From NCBI RefSeq assembly GCF_900113675.1, contig NZ_FOQE01000011.1, forward strand, positions 1 to 24,000: DNA of 24,000 nucleotides. Direction: 5' to 3'. The DNA comes from Pisciglobus halotolerans. Its GTDB lineage: Bacteria > Bacillota > Bacilli > Lactobacillales > Carnobacteriaceae. Of the stretch, positions 18,201-24,000 are shown piece after piece. The position numbers and the translations under genes are program-made. How positions within the stretch are numbered: the stretch's first letter is position 1; each line of letters begins with the position of its first letter. Below the pieces are notes generated by a model that saw only the letters and a program-made list of their open reading frames with translations, made no database searches and was not told the DNA's origin.

Positions 18201-18507
18201 AGCTGGCGGAACAGGGTTAAACCTTACAGGTGCGGATACTGTTATCCTGTATGATCTATGGTGGAATCCAGCTGTTGAAGAACAAGCAGCGGGACGTGCA
18301 CATCGTATCGGACAGAAAAACGTCGTTGAAGTTTGGCGGATGATAGCAGAAGGTACGATAGAAGAAAAAATCAATGCACTTCAAAAAGAAAAAAAATCTT
18401 TATTCGATCAGATCATTACAGAAGAACATGCCGATACGAAGCTGCAAAAGCAACTGACAGAAGAAGATATCCGAGAAATTTTAAGTATCGGTGGAGTGAC
18501 CGAATAA
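15271..18507 (+). CDS. SNF2-family helicase with N-terminal SWIM zinc finger (YwqA/RapA-like)
   Basis: SWIM CxC...CxH (CSCDYWKNHGHCKH) lies near the N-terminus. SNF2 motifs are LADDMGLGKT, DESQMVKN, LSGTPIEN and QAAGRAHRIGQ. 1078 aa. Confidence 0.88.
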   Translation: MKWSIPERIIEQGRKLVDDKRVLSIHSILEKRIWTAEVLEDDVYQVELDGTTKEEDFCSCDYWKNHGHCKHTVAVELALRDRGISRVMTPDNAEEVEIEMPDPGKELTKTFSRVFFNEQLINDTAPSQQQTNLQIEYKLEHKPDNAALLRNPNEVLVISLRAGTDKLYVVKDLMAFLESFIRHETFELNAHEEIDFKTVSITEEDHQSLVFMYQEAASNQFIRGQYNEPKSIFNNKRFLVLSPSHAENLINCIQKTEHMIFQSETGKYPHVRFIQDEVPMLFEMDYQDNAVVFSIQDLKEADLKHYHWFIKDNLFYIPSWKQLETIKPLRTFLAKYKGDQILIHPEEMPDFTAYVLPLVSTLGEVRMSEQMKQSFVQEPLKSCIYFSYRHEKLEAVVEFNYRHMVLSTDPKETQLPDENIQVIRESQKEIHLLNLLKQLGYEREETSYTKRVVRDEGFYTFFTKEISLLEEEAEVYVDDVLDQLFLNELDTVTKVDVAESGSFLDVHFDIKGITDNEVDAVLSSLMARKKFHTLNNGKILSLETDDFHEISTVLRELRASKDFQNGSVQVPSYRGLELESVLDKEKGSKRDLSKSFQDMVFYLNDPETFAVDVPKQLQGTLRPYQMTGFKWLSMLSTYGFGGILADDMGLGKTIQMITYILSEVEKNEKAPFLIIAPASLTYNWFHEMKKFAPSIECQVVSGSIEERKTKIQEVKPNTVLITSYQSFRQDAEVYKTQQFSTLILDESQMVKNYHTKTSKALRDLPVPQKFALSGTPIENKIDELWSIFQLIMPGFFPSIKKFRSLPNERIAKMIQPFVLRRVKKDVLKELPKKIETNLYSSLSKEQKTIYLAYLQQIQESVLNMSGDEFKRHRIEILSGLTRLRQICCDPRLFMDDYEGESGKLEQLKEMVANGLENGKRMLIFSQFTSMLDIIQKELAAQEIESFYLSGKTKPVERIEMVNQFNQGEKSIFLISLKAGGTGLNLTGADTVILYDLWWNPAVEEQAAGRAHRIGQKNVVEVWRMIAEGTIEEKINALQKEKKSLFDQIITEEHADTKLQKQLTEEDIREILSIGGVTE

Positions 18508-18532
18508 AAATAAAAACAAAGGCAGTGATAAA

Positions 18533-18859
18533 ATGAATAAAGTAGTGGTTCATGTTGATCAACTGGCTAACTGGTCATTAGCTTTAGGAAATGTGCGTAA
18601 TTTAGTAAAAGGCATGGAACAACTGAAAGTAGAAGTTGTAGCAAATGCAGAAGCTGTTAAAGGATTTTTAGATGATACATCATTAGAAGATATGCGGCCA
18701 TTAGCTGAACAAGGCGTTCAGTTTGTTGCTTGTTCAACAGCAATGAAATCATACGACTTATCAGAAGAACAACTAGAGGACTTTATCAACACTGTACCCT
18801 CGGGCGTCGTAGAACTCGTTGAAAAACAAGCTGAAGACTATGCTTACCTCAAACCATAA
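18533..18859 (+). CDS. DsrE/DsrF-like (COG1416-type) small protein
   Basis: 108 aa. The N-terminal KVVVHVDQ...W..ALGNVRNL and later VVANAEAV...GV.FVAC..A resemble the DsrE/DsrF-like family as I remember it. No motif-level proof. Confidence 0.5.
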   Translation: MNKVVVHVDQLANWSLALGNVRNLVKGMEQLKVEVVANAEAVKGFLDDTSLEDMRPLAEQGVQFVACSTAMKSYDLSEEQLEDFINTVPSGVVELVEKQAEDYAYLKP

Positions 18860-18864
18860 CAAAC

Positions 18865-19019
18865 AAAGGATGCGGAGCTAGGCCGATAGAGTCGACAGGA
18901 AAATGAAAAAGCGCGACACAGAGCATCCCGCGCATGTGAGCGACTTTTGAATTTTACCCGAGACTCTGCCTCGCGCAGCTCAACTAAAAGGATGCGGAGC
19001 TAGGCCGATAGAGTCAACA
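18865..19019. repeat. Structured intergenic repeat, 122-bp unit present about 1.27 times
   Basis: AAAGGATGCGGAGCTAGGCCGATAGAGTC at 18865-18893 recurs exactly at 18987-19015. Within the unit, GAGCT..AGGC..AGAGTC pairs imperfectly with GACTCT..GCCT..AGCTC (18875-18896 against about 18960-18981). Confidence 0.75.
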
Positions 19020-19027
19020 AAAACAAC

Positions 19028-19064
19028 AAGCAAGAGTTGGTTTCAAAAAACTCTTGCTTTTTAA
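19028..19064 (+). terminator. Rho-independent terminator of the DsrE-like gene
   Basis: AAGCAAGAGTT pairs with AACTCTTGCTT (11 bp, 10-nt loop), followed by a T run. Confidence 0.75.
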
Positions 19065-19082
19065 CTGAACAACAAGTATAAT
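19054..19082 (+). promoter_or_regulatory. rpsB promoter
   Basis: -35 TTGCTT (19054-19059), exact 17-nt spacer, consensus -10 TATAAT (19077-19082). This leaves a leader of about 130 nt before ATG 19218. Confidence 0.6.
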
Positions 19083-19217
19083 ATTAAACGGTGCTAAAAC
19101 ACCGAATATTTCACACCTCAAAGGATGTAAAGGTTGGTGCTTAGGCAAGTGCTTAAGTCTCCTTGCAGATGAATTTGGGGGAGGGATAAAATACAAACCA
19201 AATGGAGGAAACAAATT

Positions 19218-20000
19218 ATGGCAGTCATTTCAATGAAACAATTGCTAGAAGCAGGAGTTCATTTTGGTCACCAGACTCGTCGCTGGAATCCAAAAATGAA
19301 ACGTTATATTTTTCAAGAAAGAAACGGTATCTACATCATTGATTTACAAAAAACCGTTAAGTTAGCAGATGCAGCTTACAACTACATGAGAGAAGTTGCT
19401 GAAGACGGTGGCGTTGTTTTATTCGTAGGAACGAAGAAACAAGCACAAGAAACAATCAAAGAAGAAGCAATCCGTTCAGGTCAATACTATGTTAACCATC
19501 GTTGGTTAGGTGGAACATTGACAAACTGGGATACTATTCAAAAACGTATCAAACGCTTGAAAGATATTGAAAAAATGGAAGAAGATGGAACATTTGATGT
19601 TCTACCTAAAAAAGAAGTAGGTCTATTGATCAAAGAACGTGACCGCTTAGAAAAATTCTTGGGCGGTATCAAAGATATGCCAAGAATCCCTGATGTGATG
19701 TTTGTTGTAGACCCTCGTAAAGAGCGTATTGCAATCCAAGAAGCTCACAAATTGAACATTCCAATCGTTGCAATGGTTGATACAAACTGTGACCCAGATG
19801 AAATCGATGTAATCATTCCATCAAATGATGATGCTATCCGTGCTGTTAAATTGATCACTTCAAAAATGGCTGATGCAATCATCGAAGGTAACCAAGGCGA
19901 AGATGAAGAAGTTTCTGAAGAGTCTTTTGAACAAAATGCAGAAACAGCTTCAGACTCAATGGAAGATATCGTTGAAGTAGTCGAAGGCGACAACGAGTAA
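19218..20000 (+). CDS. rpsB: 30S ribosomal protein S2
   Basis: [27 protein letters not shown]... is near-identical in pattern to enterococcal S2. It has an acidic C-terminal tail and a GGAGG RBS. Confidence 0.97.
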   Translation: MAVISMKQLLEAGVHFGHQTRRWNPKMKRYIFQERNGIYIIDLQKTVKLADAAYNYMREVAEDGGVVLFVGTKKQAQETIKEEAIRSGQYYVNHRWLGGTLTNWDTIQKRIKRLKDIEKMEEDGTFDVLPKKEVGLLIKERDRLEKFLGGIKDMPRIPDVMFVVDPRKERIAIQEAHKLNIPIVAMVDTNCDPDEIDVIIPSNDDAIRAVKLITSKMADAIIEGNQGEDEEVSEESFEQNAETASDSMEDIVEVVEGDNE

Positions 20001-20063
20001 AAAGTGAGCAGCTGATTTTAATAAAAGATCAGTTTGTCCTATAAAATTGAAAATTGATCAAAG

Positions 20064-20142
20064 GCTGTCTCGAGTAAACGGAGAAGTGAGAAGCGACTTT
20101 TTTACAAAGCGGCATCATTTCATATTTGAGACAGCTTTTTTT
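20064..20142 (+). terminator. Candidate terminator or attenuator between rpsB and tsf
   Basis: GCTGTCTC (20064-20071) pairs with GAGACAGC (20128-20135), followed by T7. The 56-nt enclosed segment makes this atypical. Confidence 0.4.
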
Positions 20143-20193
20143 AAAAGATAAATTTTTAACGAAACAATCATGAAATTAGGAGGAAGTATTAAG

Positions 20194-21075
20194 ATGGCAA
20201 AAGTAACAGCTGCATTAGTAAAAGAATTACGTGATATGACAGGCGTCGGCATGATGGATGCTAAAAAAGCATTGGTTGCTACAGATGGCGACATGGAAGC
20301 TGCCGTTGATCATTTAAGAGAAAAAGGAATGGCAAAAGCTGCTAAAAAAGCTGACCGTGTAGCGGCTGAAGGTTTAGCAGGTGTTGTAACTGAAGGAAAC
20401 GTTGCTGCTATCTCAGAAATCAACTCTGAAACAGACTTTGTTTCTAAAAATGCCCAATTCCAAAACTTAGTAAAAGATATTACAAAAACAATTGCTGAAA
20501 ATGATGTATCTTCTTTAGAAGAAGCTCAAAAATTAGGCCTGGGCGAAGGTACGATCGAATCTGAAATCATTTCAGCAACAACAACGATTGGAGAAAAAAT
20601 CAGCCTACGTCGTTTCGAACGCTTTGAAAAAACAGATAACGATGTATTTGGCACTTACATCCATATGGGTGGACGTATCGCTGTATTAGTCCAATTAGAA
20701 GGAACAGACAATGAAGAAGTAGCTCGTGATATCGCGATGCACGTTGCTGCAATCAATCCATTGTATGTCAGCCGTGATGAAGTACCTTCAGAAAAATTTG
20801 AACATGAAAAGAAAATTTTAACTGAACAATCATTAAACGAAGGCAAACCAGAGAAAATCGTTGAAAAAATGGTTATCGGTCGTTTAAACAAATGGTTAGG
20901 TGAAATCAGCTTAGTTGACCAACCATTTGTAAAAGATCCAGATCAAAAAGTTAGCGATTATCTAAAAGCCAATGGCGCTTCTGTTAAGAGATTTGTTCGT
21001 TATGAAGTCGGCGAAGGAATTGAAAAACGTGAAGAAAACTTTGCAGACGAAGTAATGAACCAAGTCAAAAAATAA
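20194..21075 (+). CDS. tsf: Elongation factor Ts
   Basis: ATG 20194 ([27 protein letters not shown]) follows AGGAGG at 20178-20183. The track's upstream ATG 20170 has no RBS. 293 aa. Confidence 0.96.
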   Translation: MAKVTAALVKELRDMTGVGMMDAKKALVATDGDMEAAVDHLREKGMAKAAKKADRVAAEGLAGVVTEGNVAAISEINSETDFVSKNAQFQNLVKDITKTIAENDVSSLEEAQKLGLGEGTIESEIISATTTIGEKISLRRFERFEKTDNDVFGTYIHMGGRIAVLVQLEGTDNEEVARDIAMHVAAINPLYVSRDEVPSEKFEHEKKILTEQSLNEGKPEKIVEKMVIGRLNKWLGEISLVDQPFVKDPDQKVSDYLKANGASVKRFVRYEVGEGIEKREENFADEVMNQVKK

Positions 21076-21092
21076 AGTTTAATGAAATCTGA

Positions 21093-21120
21093 AAGGGAGG
21101 CATCTTTGCTTCCCTTTTTT
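21093..21120 (+). terminator. Rho-independent terminator of tsf
   Basis: AAGGGAGGCA pairs with TGCTTCCCTT (10 bp including one G-U, loop TCTT), then T6. Confidence 0.8.
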
Positions 21121-21201
21121 GCTGTTTAGCTACATAAAAAAGAAACCTTTGTTCATTTCGATGATTTTCAATGAAGTTTAAGGAAGAGTATGATAAAATA
21201 G

Positions 21202-22514
<1,313 letters not shown>

Positions 22515-22642
22515 TCCCATTATCCAAACAGATGAAGGTCTTTTTCAATAAGGAAAGATAGAGATAACAATATTTTAAGCAAACCCAAAAATATACATCC
22601 TTTACCGAAACGGCAGAAGTGTCTATGCTATAAAAAGAGTTG

Positions 22643-22677
22643 GAGCTGGGATCAACATTCCCAGCTCTTTCTTTTTG
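22643..22677 (+). terminator. Rho-independent terminator of frr
   Basis: GAGCTGGGA (22643-22651) pairs with TCCCAGCTC (22659-22667), followed by TTTCTTTTT. Confidence 0.8.
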
Positions 22678-22944
22678 ATGTCACTGATTCAGCTATTTCA
22701 AAAGAAGGGGCTGTGGTCATTTAATGTCTATCCTCAAAAACTGTTTAGGATAAAAAAGATTCAGCTGAACGAGCAAAGCTACATATTTTCGAAAAAATAT
22801 AAGCAGCATTCTAGGATAGATCTAAAAAATGAAGCTTCCTTTACTTTACCTAAAATAAAATTTTCCTTAAATAAATAGGTTTTTAGTCAGCGATTTGCTA
22901 CAATAGTTTCAGTAAGTTCGAATGGAAGGACGGTATGTATTAAA

Positions 22945-23715
22945 GTGAAGGAGATCAATAACATAGAAAGCCGAACAGAGGATGCAAAAGAATATTTTGA
23001 TGCAACTGGGCTGATTCCTGAACACGTTGCTATCATCATGGATGGCAACGGACGTTGGGCTAAGAAAAGACAATTAAAGCGGTCAGCGGGCCATAAAGCG
23101 GGAATGGATCAGGTGAAAACAATCGCTAAACATGCCTCAAAGAGAGGCGTAAAAGTGCTGACGCTATATGCTTTCTCAACTGAAAATTGGAAAAGACCTT
23201 TAAATGAAGTCAATTATTTAATGCAATTACCTGTTGATTTCTTTAGCTCTTTCATGCCAGAGATCATGGAAGCTGACATTAAAGTGATGATGATCGGTCA
23301 TCCGTCTGATTTGCCTAAAAAAACGCGAAAAGTGATGGAAAAGGCAATAGAAGAAACAAAAGACAACAATGGAATGGTTTTAAACTTTGCAGTCAACTAT
23401 GGGGGACGCAAAGAGATTTTAGATGCTGTCAAAGAAATTGCGATCATGGTAGAAAAAGGCGCATTAAAAGCCGATAAAATCAATGAAAAAGTTTTTGAAG
23501 AACATTTGATGACTTCTTCGCTCAGTGAGCAGCAAAATGTTGATTTGATGATCCGGACAAGCGGAGAAGAAAGATTAAGCAACTTTTTGTTATGGCAAAA
23601 TGCTTATAGTGAATTTCATTTCTCTTCTCTTCTATGGCCAGATTTTGGTGAAGTTGACTTTGATGAAGCTTTAAGGATTTATCAAAAGCGAAACAGAAGA
23701 TTTGGCGGTTTGTAA
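22945..23715 (+). CDS. uppS: Undecaprenyl (isoprenyl) diphosphate synthase
   Basis: IIMDGNGRWA, YAFSTENWKRP and IRTSGEERLSNFLLWQ motifs are present. The start codon is uncertain: GTG 22945 has no well-spaced RBS. Confidence 0.9.
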   Translation: MKEINNIESRTEDAKEYFDATGLIPEHVAIIMDGNGRWAKKRQLKRSAGHKAGMDQVKTIAKHASKRGVKVLTLYAFSTENWKRPLNEVNYLMQLPVDFFSSFMPEIMEADIKVMMIGHPSDLPKKTRKVMEKAIEETKDNNGMVLNFAVNYGGRKEILDAVKEIAIMVEKGALKADKINEKVFEEHLMTSSLSEQQNVDLMIRTSGEERLSNFLLWQNAYSEFHFSSLLWPDFGEVDFDEALRIYQKRNRRFGGL

Positions 23716-23740
23716 GATAGGAAATGAGGAGGATATGTAA

Positions 23741-24000
23741 TTGAAACAAAGAGTGATCACAGCTCTTGTTATGGCTGCAATTTTTATACCGGTAGTCTAT
23801 GCAGGTTCATGGCTGTTAGAGATCGTCATGGTTCTATTAGCTATTGTCGGCTTATTTGAACTATATAGAATGAAAGAACAAAAATTATTTTCAGTAGAAG
23901 GGGTATTATCGATAGCAGCATTATTAGTGATGTTGCTGCCTGAATTTTTTGATCGTTTTTTACCTAAACAATTTACAACTGTTATGGTGGTCTATTTATT
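23741..24000 (+). CDS. cdsA: Phosphatidate cytidylyltransferase, 5' part (runs off the window)
   Basis: TTG 23741 lies 8 nt after GAGGAGG. The translation (M)KQRVITALVMAAIFIPVVYAGSWLLEIVMVLLAIVGLFELYRM... is the typical hydrophobic CdsA N-terminus. The uppS-cdsA order is conserved. Not in the ORF track because no stop lies in the window. Confidence 0.85.
   Translation, partial: MKQRVITALVMAAIFIPVVYAGSWLLEIVMVLLAIVGLFELYRMKEQKLFSVEGVLSIAALLVMLLPEFFDRFLPKQFTTVMVVYL

Noticed and set aside
18939-18948. AGCGACTTTT shared by the 122-bp repeat (18939-18948) and the rpsB-tsf spacer (20092-20101), suggesting a related element.
   Set aside because: Only 10 contiguous matches, and the flanks diverge. 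Insufficient evidence.
18865-19019. The two identical 29-33-nt repeats, as a mini CRISPR array or att sites.
   Set aside because: There are only two repeats, with an 89-nt, self-complementary 'spacer' and no cas genes. The period is consistent with a partial tandem duplication of a structured repeat.
22675-22878. The 67-aa ORF between frr and uppS.
   Set aside because: It starts inside the T-tail of the frr terminator, has no SD, and gives a K-rich low-complexity translation of AT-rich spacer. Likely spurious.

Overview
This window is core chromosome from a low-GC Firmicute. Protein sequences and gene order look Lactobacillales, most like Enterococcaceae, judged from memory only. Gene order is DUF1836, degV, recJ, apt, lexA (minus strand), DUF896/ynzC-like, tkt, yneF-like, plsC-like acyltransferase (minus strand), sbcD, sbcC, SWIM-SNF2 helicase, DsrE-like, rpsB, tsf, pyrH, frr, uppS, cdsA (partial). 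Most of it is ordinary housekeeping DNA.

The standout is recJ. It is interrupted by a 778-nt ORF-less group II intron (2582-3359) inside the codon of a catalytic Asp of the DHH motif. The intron has a GUGCG 5' end, an AU 3' end, a textbook domain V and a domain VI with a bulged branch A. Removing it exactly rebuilds GDYDADGVTS.

Second, a non-coding MITE-like element of about 100 bp occurs four times in the first 6.2 kb. Three copies have imperfect terminal inverted repeats and 8-bp (one 7-8 bp) flanking direct duplications, and they sit next to terminator T/A-runs.

Lesser items:
- a 101-nt rod-like palindrome with an embedded Shine-Dalgarno (SD) sequence and a 23-codon small ORF (sORF) at 138-242
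- a 122-bp tandem or structured repeat between the DsrE-like gene and its terminator
- a tkt gene that is clearly GC-richer than its neighbours
- a single Cheo (SOS) box in the lexA/DUF896 divergent region

I saw no tRNA, rRNA, CRISPR array or recognisable defence island.
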